A DNA stretch of 61,651 bases, taken from positions 1-61,651 of the IMG/VR virus record IMGVR_UViG_3300044448_003018, one strand, 5' to 3'. Made by a program: the position numbers and the translations under genes. Origin of the DNA: a virus. Its lineage: Duplodnaviria > Caudoviricetes. This document shows, piece after piece, positions 37,549-48,000 of this stretch; within the stretch, counting starts at the first letter, position 1; each line of letters starts with the position of its first letter. The notes beneath the pieces were generated by a model. That model saw only the letters and a program-made list of their open reading frames with translations. It made no database searches and had not been told where the DNA came from.

Positions 37549-37839
37549 TTATTTTTTATTCATTACTGATTCATCAGCTTTACCTGTTCTAAATTCTTTA
37601 TCTCTTTTTCTATCAGCTGCAAACTTTGCTACTTCTTCTTTAGATCTAGCTAGCTTACCATCTTTTCCTTTATCTTCATCAATGCCTTTTAAAACTATTT
37701 TACCGTTTTTACAAGTAAACTCGTTTTTTTCTGCATTATATTCTTTTAAGCCATTAGGACCTTTAGCTTCGTATTTTTTTTTCATTTTATCCCAAGCAAC
37801 AGTACATTTATCTTGTTTAAACGGTGATTTACTTTTCAT
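37549..37839 (-). CDS. Small basic protein (SP-motif family)
   Basis: 96 aa, MKSKSPFKQ. Confidence 0.7.
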   Translation of the reverse strand: MKSKSPFKQDKCTVAWDKMKKKYEAKGPNGLKEYNAEKNEFTCKNGKIVLKGIDEDKGKDGKLARSKEEVAKFAADRKRDKEFRTGKADESVMNKK

Positions 37840-37851
37840 GATTTTTTTAAT

Positions 37852-38295
37852 TTATTTTTTTATACTATAAAAGTTTTTACCTCCAGAAACACTGTCTTTC
37901 TTTATAGTCATTTGCTCCATTTGATCAATAAAGTTTTTATTCATTACTCCTTTTCTTTTCATTTGTCTTTTTTGTTTTGGAGTTAAAACAATTCTATCGC
38001 TTGTATCTATAGGATCAGCTGAACCACCATCAAGGCTTAAACCAGCTACAAAGTTTCCACTAGGTTGATCTTTTTCAAATTCAAAGGTTTGCTCTCCAAT
38101 TATTTTTTTAGGATCTTCCGTGTGATTGTCATTAAGAGGTGATACCATTTTTAATGGATAATTTTTACCATCTACAGTAAAATTATCTTTACCAGCAGCT
38201 TCTGCGTCCATTTTTGCTTTAATAAAAGCGTTACCTTTTAAAGGACTTAAAGGGTTTTTTTCCATAAAAGGTGTTGAAAATTTTGATGTTTTCAT
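37852..38295 (-). CDS. Hypothetical protein (SP-motif family)
   Basis: 147 aa; FSTPFM, LSPLKG, VSPLND. Confidence 0.7.
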   Translation of the reverse strand: MKTSKFSTPFMEKNPLSPLKGNAFIKAKMDAEAAGKDNFTVDGKNYPLKMVSPLNDNHTEDPKKIIGEQTFEFEKDQPSGNFVAGLSLDGGSADPIDTSDRIVLTPKQKRQMKRKGVMNKNFIDQMEQMTIKKDSVSGGKNFYSIKK

Positions 38296-38576
38296 GATTT
38301 TTTTGATTTATTTTTTTGACAAAAGTTTCTAGCAGCTTCTACACTACCAAAACCCCATTTTTTTAGTGCCATTGCTTTTTTAGTTGGTTCGCCTTTAGCA
38401 TCTTTCATTGCTCCAGCCATGCCAGCAAATCTACAAGCAAATGACACTCTTCGCTTGTTAGTTCCTTTTGTAAGTCTCTTACCTAATGTTTTACCTGTAT
38501 CTCGCTTATGCTCTGCACGCATAGCTCTATTCTGCTTTTCGTAAGCAGCTTCTTTTATATTTATTGGTGTTTTCAT
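38292..38576 (-). CDS. Small basic protein
   Basis: 94 aa, MKTPINI; RRVSFACRF...ALKKW. Confidence 0.7.
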   Translation of the reverse strand: MKTPINIKEAAYEKQNRAMRAEHKRDTGKTLGKRLTKGTNKRRVSFACRFAGMAGAMKDAKGEPTKKAMALKKWGFGSVEAARNFCQKNKSKKS

Positions 38577-38577
38577 A

Positions 38578-38730
38578 TTAATGTCTTGGATGTTGAACCA
38601 TAGAATATACTATAAATGCGCACAATGAGAATAATAAAAATTCTGTTACGCTTTTATCAAAATCATAACTAGCAGTTTGTTTTGTAGCGCCACAGCTATA
38701 ACTTAATAATAATAGTATATACTTTTTCAT
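38578..38730 (-). CDS. Small putative lipoprotein with C-terminal TM segment, 50 aa
   Basis: MKKYILLLLSYSC...EFLLFSLCAFIVYSMV; ATGA overlap with the endolysin stop. Confidence 0.5.
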   Translation of the reverse strand: MKKYILLLLSYSCGATKQTASYDFDKSVTEFLLFSLCAFIVYSMVQHPRH

Positions 38731-39188
38731 ATTACTTTATATTTTGTTTTGCCGTTTTCCTTATATGCTTTTAAGCATTTATTTCTATTATCTTCATCAT
38801 TAACATAAGATACATGTATCCAGTTAGGATTCATATCTGTACCAAACTCCCATATAAGTTGATCAAAGTTTAAGTTTTCTTTTATCCATTGATACATCTC
38901 TGCGTTGCTCTTATGTCCATAGACGTCATCTAAATCAATTGCTTGGCCTTTACAATGCTGAGAACTTGCTGATCCTCCTATGGCCTCGTTTAAAGCAGCT
39001 GATCTAAAAAACGATGTAACTTTAATTGCTCCACCAACCCATTTACGCAGCGGTTCAAATACTTTTCTAGCAGTTAAACCCATTGTTTCTACTTGAGTAG
39101 GATTAGGTGTATTGTCTATATTTTTACGCTTAGCCGTACTAGAGTGTATAGCTTCTGCATATGTTATATGATCACTTATTTTTTCCAT
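38727..39188 (-). CDS. Endolysin, peptidase M15A family
   Basis: TSFFRS..LN.AIGG...SQHCKGQAID...WIHVS. Confidence 0.9.
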   Translation of the reverse strand: MEKISDHITYAEAIHSSTAKRKNIDNTPNPTQVETMGLTARKVFEPLRKWVGGAIKVTSFFRSAALNEAIGGSASSQHCKGQAIDLDDVYGHKSNAEMYQWIKENLNFDQLIWEFGTDMNPNWIHVSYVNDEDNRNKCLKAYKENGKTKYKVI

Positions 39189-39191
39189 AAA

Positions 39192-39602
39192 TTAGAATTT
39201 ATCAGCTTGATTTATCTCATCTATAGTTGCTTGAACTTCTTCAAGATCTGTAGGTAGTAATAAATCTAATCCAGCTTTAAATGTAGCTTCTTTAATACCG
39301 TTTTTAAATATAAGTAAAGTTGGAGCCATACGTACTCTATGTTTCTTTTTTGCTTTAGGAGCTTTAGCTATATCTATTCTATAGTATGTAGCATCTTTTA
39401 TTTTTTCCCACTCAGCAAAACAGTTTTCTTTATTAAAATCTGCCCAAAACTCGACAACTATTGTTTCAAAATTGTTTTCACCAAAAGATGACACTTGAGC
39501 TATAACCTTTTCAAAATTATTATCATCTATCCATTTATCTTCAGGCACACTTACTTGACTAAAAGCTATTGTAGTAAATAAAAGTAAAATTAAATTTTTC
39601 AT
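39192..39602 (-). CDS. Secreted thioredoxin-fold protein lacking CxxC
   Basis: Signal peptide; VVEFWADFN, VRMAPTLLIFKNG. Confidence 0.65.
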   Translation of the reverse strand: MKNLILLLFTTIAFSQVSVPEDKWIDDNNFEKVIAQVSSFGENNFETIVVEFWADFNKENCFAEWEKIKDATYYRIDIAKAPKAKKKHRVRMAPTLLIFKNGIKEATFKAGLDLLLPTDLEEVQATIDEINQADKF

Positions 39603-39889
39603 CTTCCCCTTTGTATTTCGTATAAACGTTGATCAATTTTTTCAATAGTTTCTTTAATTTCTTCTACATCTTCTTGAGTATCCATTATTGTTTGGCGTAT
39701 TAACTCATCTTTTAAATCATACTCAACTCGATCTATAACAGGTTCAGGCTTTACCATAGCCTCTTGTATATCTGCTTGCAATGTATACCACATGCCAGAT
39801 AAAGTTACAACAAAACCAACTATCATACCTATTGTTTTAAAATCTAAAGTTATTTTAGTATCTTCGCCTATTTGTGGTATTTTAGCCAT
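39599..39889 (-). CDS. Single-TM coiled-coil protein (lysis/spanin-like candidate)
   Basis: TM IGMIVGFVVTLSGMWY followed by a coiled coil. Confidence 0.5.
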   Translation of the reverse strand: MAKIPQIGEDTKITLDFKTIGMIVGFVVTLSGMWYTLQADIQEAMVKPEPVIDRVEYDLKDELIRQTIMDTQEDVEEIKETIEKIDQRLYEIQRGR

Positions 39890-41070
39890 TACTTAAGTGT
39901 TACGTTTATTCCGAAATTAGTATTAAATATTTCACGATCCCAAAACTTTACGTATTCAGCTTCAGCAAATAATCCTACTGTTTTCCATATTTTCCAGCCA
40001 AACATAATACCGCCTTGCATATCTTGCCACTGTTCAAGTTCTGCGTCTTCGCGCAGACCACCTTTACCCCAGTTGTTTCTATTTAAGTAGCTAAAGTCAA
40101 CATCACCTTTTATGTATTTGTGATGACCTAATATTAAATTACCATACATGTGCATCCAAAAATTGTTTTGATAGTGATAAAAATCAAAACCAACGATAGG
40201 TGCTATCTCTCCAAAAGCATCTAATAAATCCCATTGCTCGTTGTTATAACGCATCATTAAATCGCCAAATACTGTGTTTCTGAACTCAAGATCACTGTCA
40301 GCAACTCTATTACCAGCAGGGTCAATCCAATACCAGTCATATCTTTCATTACCAAATTCATCTTCTTCTGTAAAAAATATATCGTCATAGCCATATAAAA
40401 ATCCTAATTCATACCAGTAGTTTGTAGGGTATTCTTCACCGTTTATTACTTCTGTTTCATTAAGCCATATTTCTATTGGGTTATATCCAAAAGCTTGCTC
40501 GTGTGTTCTATATATTGCACCGGCAGATACACTAAACTTATTACCTATAGGTGCTCTAAGTCTAACTTCAGCAGACTGATATTTAAAACCTACATTACCA
40601 GCCTCTCTTTGCTCAGCTTTTATAATATGATACTTACCAGTGTGACGTATAAAGTATCTAGAGTTTTCAAACTCATCACCACGCTGACGTTCTTTTTCAT
40701 AATGAAACAAATACTCTAAACCTTGTACAGCTGCAGTAGGTGCAGATAAAGCTATATTATTTTCTGTACCATTGTAAAAGTTAGGTTTATTTTCATATCC
40801 AAATCTAGCTAGCTTACGTATACCTAACCCTAATCTATAGTCATTTGGAAAATACTCTGTATCATCTATGACTTGGGGTATATCGTATAAGTTACCGTCT
40901 TCAGGTGGTCTTACAAAATAATCTTTACGAGGTGTTTCAAATGAATTAGAAGTATTACCAGCGGCATATACACTAGAATACTTAAATACATTATCATATA
41001 TTTTTTTAAACAACTGAGCGTTACTATTAAATGTAATTAATAATAACAATAAGCATAGTATTTTTTTCAT
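39889..41070 (-). CDS. Secreted, probable outer-membrane beta-barrel protein
   Basis: Likely start MKKILCLLLLLITFNSNAQ (signal peptide); aromatic alternating strands; ends FNTNFGINVTLK. Confidence 0.55.
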   Translation of the reverse strand: MKKILCLLLLLITFNSNAQLFKKIYDNVFKYSSVYAAGNTSNSFETPRKDYFVRPPEDGNLYDIPQVIDDTEYFPNDYRLGLGIRKLARFGYENKPNFYNGTENNIALSAPTAAVQGLEYLFHYEKERQRGDEFENSRYFIRHTGKYHIIKAEQREAGNVGFKYQSAEVRLRAPIGNKFSVSAGAIYRTHEQAFGYNPIEIWLNETEVINGEEYPTNYWYELGFLYGYDDIFFTEEDEFGNERYDWYWIDPAGNRVADSDLEFRNTVFGDLMMRYNNEQWDLLDAFGEIAPIVGFDFYHYQNNFWMHMYGNLILGHHKYIKGDVDFSYLNRNNWGKGGLREDAELEQWQDMQGGIMFGWKIWKTVGLFAEAEYVKFWDREIFNTNFGINVTLK

Positions 41071-41071
41071 A

Positions 41072-41476
41072 TTATTCTCCGCATTTTTTTGATGGATCAT
41101 CTACTCTTCTCCAGTCTTCTTTTTCAAACCAGTCTCTAAGTGTAGCTCCTTTTTTACGAGCGCCTTTAACATTAGTTTTAGACGATCTTTTATATTTACC
41201 TTTTGCACCAGCTGATTTTTTAGAGTTAACAAGCTTCTGTCTTTCTTCTTTACTCATACTACGTATTTTAGCTAATGGTAAACAAGTTTTAGTTGTACCA
41301 CCACCTTTTTGTTTATTAAGTGGAGATCTTTTTTCTTCTGCATGTGCTAAACCGACTTTATTACCGTCACCTCTACCAGACACAGCAGCAGTTCTATTAC
41401 GCATTTTATTCCATGGCTTTGAGTGCATAACCGTAGCAGCACAATGCATCATTGGAGTTTTTTGTTTGTATGCCAT
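41072..41476 (-). CDS. Small basic protein (SP-motif family)
   Basis: 134 aa; KTPMMH, KRSPLNK, LRDWFEKEDW. Confidence 0.7.
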   Translation of the reverse strand: MAYKQKTPMMHCAATVMHSKPWNKMRNRTAAVSGRGDGNKVGLAHAEEKRSPLNKQKGGGTTKTCLPLAKIRSMSKEERQKLVNSKKSAGAKGKYKRSSKTNVKGARKKGATLRDWFEKEDWRRVDDPSKKCGE

Positions 41477-41718
41477 TATTTTTTATCTAATTTTCGCATA
41501 GCTTTATTTCTAGCACACTTCATTTTTTTAGCATAACTAGGATTACGTTTGCGGTTAAACACTATTTGTTGATTTAAACTACCAACAATTTTCTTTTTAT
41601 TGCCTTTTCTACTTTTAATAAGCCAATCAGCTAAAGCTTCGCAGCTAAGTTCTTTAAACTTACCTTTTGCATCTGGTGCATCAGAGTCTTTCCACTCAGG
41701 TCTTTTTTCTTTTGCCAT
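41476..41718 (-). CDS. Small basic protein
   Basis: 80 aa. Confidence 0.7.
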   Translation of the reverse strand: MAKEKRPEWKDSDAPDAKGKFKELSCEALADWLIKSRKGNKKKIVGSLNQQIVFNRKRNPSYAKKMKCARNKAMRKLDKK

Positions 41719-41875
41719 TACAGTCTTGCATGTTTATAAACCAGTTAGCTAACTGCTTGTCTCTTCCAGTAGCTTCTTTTCTAGCTTTTAATTTTTTAAC
41801 TTTAGCACAAGTAACATCGCCTCCGTATAGTTTATTAATACGAGCTTTTAAAACTCCGCGATATGCTTTTGCCAT
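41696..41875 (-). CDS. Small basic protein, 59 aa (MAKAYRGVLKARINK...)
   Basis: TAATG-coupled ORF; not in the ORF track. Confidence 0.6.
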   Translation of the reverse strand: MAKAYRGVLKARINKLYGGDVTCAKVKKLKARKEATGRDKQLANWFINMQDCNGKRKKT

Positions 41876-42033
41876 TACTTTTTCTTTTTACCTCCACCAA
41901 ATTTACTTGGTCCACCAGCTTTGGTACATCTTACACCCCAACCTGAAGCATAAGCGCTAGGCCAAACTTTAAATTTTCTTTTAGCAGCAGCTTTACAAGC
42001 TGAACTTATTTTACCATATAAAGGACTACTCAT
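41875..42033 (-). CDS. Small basic protein, 52 aa (MSSPLYGK...VWPSAYASGW)
   Basis: Start at 42033 is more likely than 42057; overlaps the giant-gene stop. Confidence 0.65.
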   Translation of the reverse strand: MSSPLYGKISSACKAAAKRKFKVWPSAYASGWGVRCTKAGGPSKFGGGKKKK

Positions 42034-45000
42034 CTTTTTTCTTTTTTTGTAATTCAATTATTTTTTTAACTCTATTGTCTTCGTATCGTAATGCTTTTAT
42101 TTGTTTTTTAGTAAGACCTAAATCTAGTAGCATTTGCGTTTGCTCAGCTGTATTAGTATCACGCTTCATTACATCAATTTCTTGTTTTTTGCGCTCTGCT
42201 TCTGTAGGTTCTTTTGGTTTATCCCAACCACCATAATATGGTAATCCAACATCATAAGCAGAATAACCAAGAGCCATAGAAACTTTTTGCCACATTTGTG
42301 ATTGCTCACTCATTATACCTCTTATGTTATTTACTTTTTTAATAACACGATCAATTGGTATATTTGTAACTGCTGTTATAATTTGAGCACCGGCTAAATA
42401 AGCTGGATTATCAAGACTGAAACCTTTTTCTTTTATTTCTTTTCTATTCCAACTAAAGCTTTTTAAACCACCTACTATTTTTCTATATTTAGAACTAATA
42501 GCTGGTGAAAAACTTAAAGCTTCAATAGCGCTTTTTTCAAACTCAGGTGTTTTCTTTTCAGACTCTTCATATATCTTCATTAGAGTATTCTTAGCAGCAA
42601 CCATAGCAGCTCCTGCAATACCTAAACCTTTTAATTGAGAGTCAATCATGCCATTTGCAACTCTAGCTATTTTTTTATCTTTAGCTTTCTTTTTCTTTTC
42701 ATCTTCTTCTTCATCATCATCACCAAAACCTATAGCAAATAATGCTTGTTGTAAAGCATTAAATATTAAGTTTTGCATAACACCGTAATAAGCTATTCTA
42801 GCAATTTTAACTTTTGGATCACCTCTACCTGCTATTAAATCTTGTAAATCTCTTTTTTGTATTCTTACATACTGCATCGGTGTGTTAGCCCAGTTAAGTA
42901 TAACACGACCAGCTGCTGATGCTTGTTGCATACTAATTTTAGAAGGATCACTTGACTGCTGACTTTCTTCAGCTATATCTCTAAAATCATTAAAAGCTTT
43001 TTCTTGAGCTAGTTCTGGGCTCATGTCTTCTTTTAAATACTTTTTAATTCTGTTTCTATAAAAAGTAGCACCACCTGAAGCAATAGCAAAACTATCAGCG
43101 TATCTAGTAAATACAAAACCTTTACTAAGTAAATAAGCTATAGCTGCTTTTACTTTATTCTTAGAATCTTTTACAGCATCTGCTATTTCAGACTCACTTA
43201 CATTAATTTTAAGACCTTTACGTCTTTGTGTTAAGTAATCAGAGTTCATAAGTGTCATAAAGTCTGACCAATATTGCTTTTGATTTGCAAATGCTTGACC
43301 TGCCTTTATGATATTATTATCACCCCAATTTATAAAGTTTACAGCAGAAATTGTTTGAAGCAATGCAGATCTTGTATTTAAGAACATTACAGCACCAACA
43401 GAGTTATTAACCCAGTCAAGTATATTACTTGTAGCATCGTTATAACCAAGTCTATTTGTACCAGCCTTCATACGCTTTAAAGTATTCTCTAAAGCTTTAC
43501 GCCAACGAGTACCGTAAGCGGCTTCCATTTTATTTAAATTCTCTGGTGAAAATATAATTTCTACATTTTCTCTCCACTCTTGCTGATATTCTGCTCTGTT
43601 TACTTTATTTATACCACCAATAATATCTGTAGTTAAATTACCACCTAACCAATCTTTACCAGGTTCAGGATATGGTTTACCTTTTTGTAAAGTTATTAAT
43701 TGATCTGCAAAAACCCTAAGATCTGTATTGTCTTTTACAAACTTATTTAATTTTCTAATATCTGCTTTAGACAGCCCAGGTATTGACATACCTTGTTTAT
43801 TCCAAATATAAGTTCGAAGCGCATGTTGATACGTGAATTTACCAACACCTGTTTCTGTTTCTAATGTTTTAGGTAAACCCGGAAACTGCTCTTTTAAAGC
43901 CATGAAATCATTGGCAGCAGATATTTTAGCTTGTATTATAGAATCTTCAGCTCTATTGTATGGATCAATAAGGTTTGTTTTTAAGAACTCATACTGAGTT
44001 TCACCTTTTTTACCGTTACCTAATAATCTATATAATAAACCTTTGAAGTCTTCAGCTGATGAAGCCAATGTTAGCCAATCAAATCTACCTTTATCTCTAC
44101 CTACTGTTCTAGCTTTTGCAGCAGAAAAAGTTTTATATGATTCAATACCCGAAGAGTCTTGTATCATATCGTTGACTATAGTGTTAAAAGTATTTTCTTT
44201 ACTAGCTTTAGCTATTTGTACTTTGTACTTTACATCAACTTGATCTAAAACCTCTTTAACAGCTGCTACGTTTTTAACAGCGTCATCTGCAAAGTAAAAA
44301 TCATTATAACCCTCTGCGGCTTTACTGGCAACCCATCTACCTTTAGCACTTGCTTTGCCATCACCTAAACCTGTTATGTTACCTAAAGGTATATTTATAC
44401 CTAAAGCTTTCATAAATTCTTGTATAGGACCAGCTGCAGCTTGCGGTCTAGCAGTTAGTATAAATATATCTTCAGTTCCTCTAGCGTTAGCAATATTTTC
44501 TGCTACTTTAAATAAAGGTCCTTTTTTACCATCAATAACTTTTTCAAACTGACTAAAATCAAATGTAGCGCCTTGAGCTTCAAGATCACCAGCTTGTTCA
44601 GCAAATTGCGTAGCATTTATTTCTGTAACAGCTCCAGGTATTTGTTGTAATACTTTTATTTGTTGCTGATCTGTTAAGCTGTTAAAAGTTTGCTTATAGC
44701 TTGGTAGATTTTCAAATTCTTTTTTAAATAATCTTCTGGCTATTATATCTGCCATTTCACTACCACGTTCTAAAAAAGGCATTGTAACAATAACTTTACT
44801 CTTAGATCTAGCTAATGTATCATCAAAATCAAATATTCTAGCTTTTTTAATAGGGTTATTTAATTTCCTAGCAATTCTTGCAGCAGCATCTAAATTACCT
44901 AACTCTTTAACAACTTCTATAGAGTTATTAGAATTTTCACCTTCAATGCTAAGCTTGCCAGCCATTTCATTATTTATAGGAGCAACGCTGTTTTCTTTAG

Positions 45001-48000
45001 CTACAATTGGAGCGTCTTTTTTACCATAATCTCTTATTTGCTGCAATGAACTTTCACCACTAAAGTATTCTTTTAGAAGAGCATTTTGAGTTTGCACAGG
45101 TAAACCATTTGTTCCAAAAAAGTATTCTGAAAAAGTTTGGTTTTCTGGTAAAAATAAATAATTATCTAAATTAACACCCGATTCCGATAGTCTTATAACA
45201 GAAGCAGATCCTTCAGGTATTTTTAAATCACCAGATAGTATTCTTGGAACCATTGTATCCCAGAAAAAATCTGGCATAGTTCTTTTAAAATCAACATCTA
45301 TTTTATTATCATCACTCATTATGAGTGGGCCTTGCATGTAAGCAGCACTTACGACTTTAAATGCTTCTTCAACATTACCTTTCATAGCAGCATCTAATAA
45401 CATACTACCAACTTGATTAGCTGGAAAATTATGCTCTTCTCTTATAATACTAGTAAAATCTATTTTACCATTTTTTAATGGCAAAAACAATATAGGAGGA
45501 GATATACGCATTAAACTACCCATATTGTTTTGAGAATCATCTAGCATTTGTTCAAACACAAAAGCTTGATCTTTATTGTCTTTTAAATAACTTTGAACAT
45601 CAATCCAAAAATTTTCAAGATATTTTAACTTACCATATTGATCCCTTAAATAGTCTTTGCTGTTAGTCTTTTTAACAAAACCTTTGGTAAGTTTTTTATC
45701 TTTACCTTTGTATGGATCTCTTTTTATAATATCAAATTCACCTTCTGCTTTAGGTACAACTTTATCAAAATAAGTAGTACCAACCATACTATTTCTTTTC
45801 ATAGAACTAGTGGTGGATCTTCTTATAATTTCTCTATATTGAGGAAATTCTTTTAAGAATTTATTGACTGCATTTGTCATTACCTGAACATTACCTCCTA
45901 AAGCTTTAAAACCTGAACTAGTTATAGGTCTATTATCATCAGGTCTTATGTTTAGATTAAATGCTCTTTTAACATCAGCTACAGTTTCAAAACCCATGTC
46001 TTTAAGCTCTTTAACTGTGAAGTTTTTAAAAGTACCTCCAGTTAAAGATCCAGTAGCTGCTAAAGCTGCTTTTCTTAAACTAGCTGGTGTTATTTTTACT
46101 TCCTCGCTAAATTTAGCGCCTAACTGCACTCTTTTTCCTTGTAATGGCACTAATGTTTCAAACGCTCTATTTCTAATGTGAAAATCTAAAGCAGCAGTTA
46201 TATGTTGAGAGTCTCTATATATAGGTTTCTTTTTACCTTGAGCATCTCTAGCGTTAAAAGTAATTTCATTACCATTGTAATCTGGTAATGTAATTTCTTT
46301 ACCTTGTATTATATCTTTATATTGCTTTAATGTACCAACAAGTTTACCATTTTTATTGTACATTACTTTACCTAACTTTGTTTGAAATATACCAGTGGCT
46401 TTTCCAAGATCATCTTTAACTCTAGGCAGTCTAGCAAAATCAGCTGCAGCATTGTCAATTAAAAACTGTCTAGCTCTTATAGCTCCAGGCTCATCTAGCT
46501 TTTGAAGGTTTCTTTGTTTTTCTATTAAAGCGTTAACTGTTTTTATACCAAACATGTCAGCATATAACTTAGCTAAAGCTTGAGGTATTTTACCAGTGTC
46601 TTTAAAATTACTAACAGATCTGTCTTTAAAAGACTCAGTTACGGTTTCTGTTATTTTAGTTTCAACACCTTCTTTGCTAATATCGTTGTTTTGTGCAAAT
46701 TCTGGATCAATGTAATTTTTATTAAATCTAGTAGTTTCGCTAGGTTTTTTAGCTATATTATCTGTTGTTGTTTCAACTGTAGTAGTGTCTACTATAGAAT
46801 CTGGATCTTGCGTTTGTTGAGCAGCTGTAGAATCTTCAATACTAACCGTATCTAATGTTCCTTTGCTAAATTCTTCTACTAATTTAGTACCTATTCTTCT
46901 ACCTAATATTCTATCCAAGTATGTTGTAAACTCTTGCTTTACACCTGTAGCAGGATTAATAGGCTTGTAGTTTTTCATAATACTAGGGAACTGATCTAAC
47001 AATTTACCTTGTATATCATTTTTAGGACTTGTTATCGCGGAAACAGGAACGCCTTTTGTCGCAGCCCATCTTTTTAAAGCATCTACTCCTGTTTTAAAGT
47101 ATTGATCTCTAAAAGAAGATATTTGCTTTTCTGTCATATTATCTTTATTGTTTTGATAATTAACAGCGGCTTTACTTACAGGTGAAGTAACTTCTTCACT
47201 GGCTTTAGCTTCTGTACTAGCAGCTTGAGCTGTAACAACAACTTCGTCAAGCTCTTGAACTGGAACTTCTGTTTTTCCGGCTAAACCTTCTTCTTGTATT
47301 GTTTTTACATCACCAACAGTTAAAGTGCCATCTTTTAATTTTCTACCTATTTCTTTAGAAAACTTAATTATGTCAGTTTCTCCTTTAAAATTGTAGTTAT
47401 AATCTGTATTTGATGCTTGCGATGTAGCTGTTCCAAGCATCGATCCTAAGTAACCTAAAAATCCTGTGCCCTTTGCTTTATCTAGTTTTATTTTACCATC
47501 TGCAACTTCTTCAAAAAATACAGTAAAAACTTCGTCAGCGCCTTGACCTTTTGTTCTAGTTGAAATTCTAGTATAAGCCTCTGGGTTTGCTTCTTTTAAA
47601 TAAGATAGAATAAGGTCTGCTCCTTGTATGAATGCACTAGAATCAATCCCTAGTGCTTCAGCTAATATAACATGACCAAGTTCATGCAGACTTGTTTGAC
47701 TTCTTTCGTTAGCTATGGAATTTTGAACAGATGTTACGGAATCATATACTTTTTTACCAGTTTTTAAATTAGTTGAAGGTATGTTAATACCATTTAAATT
47801 ACCGCTGTTTATACCATTTGTAAATTGTTCTATATGTTTTTGAGCTTGCTCTTCTGTAATACTATTATTAGAGTCTGCCGCTCTAGCGTTCATCATTTTA
47901 GTAAACTCATCAATAGCTTGTTTATTAGTGTCAGAAACATTGTATTTAACGTCTATACCAGCTCCAGCCATTGCTTTTAAAGTAGACTTATCAGATTTTA

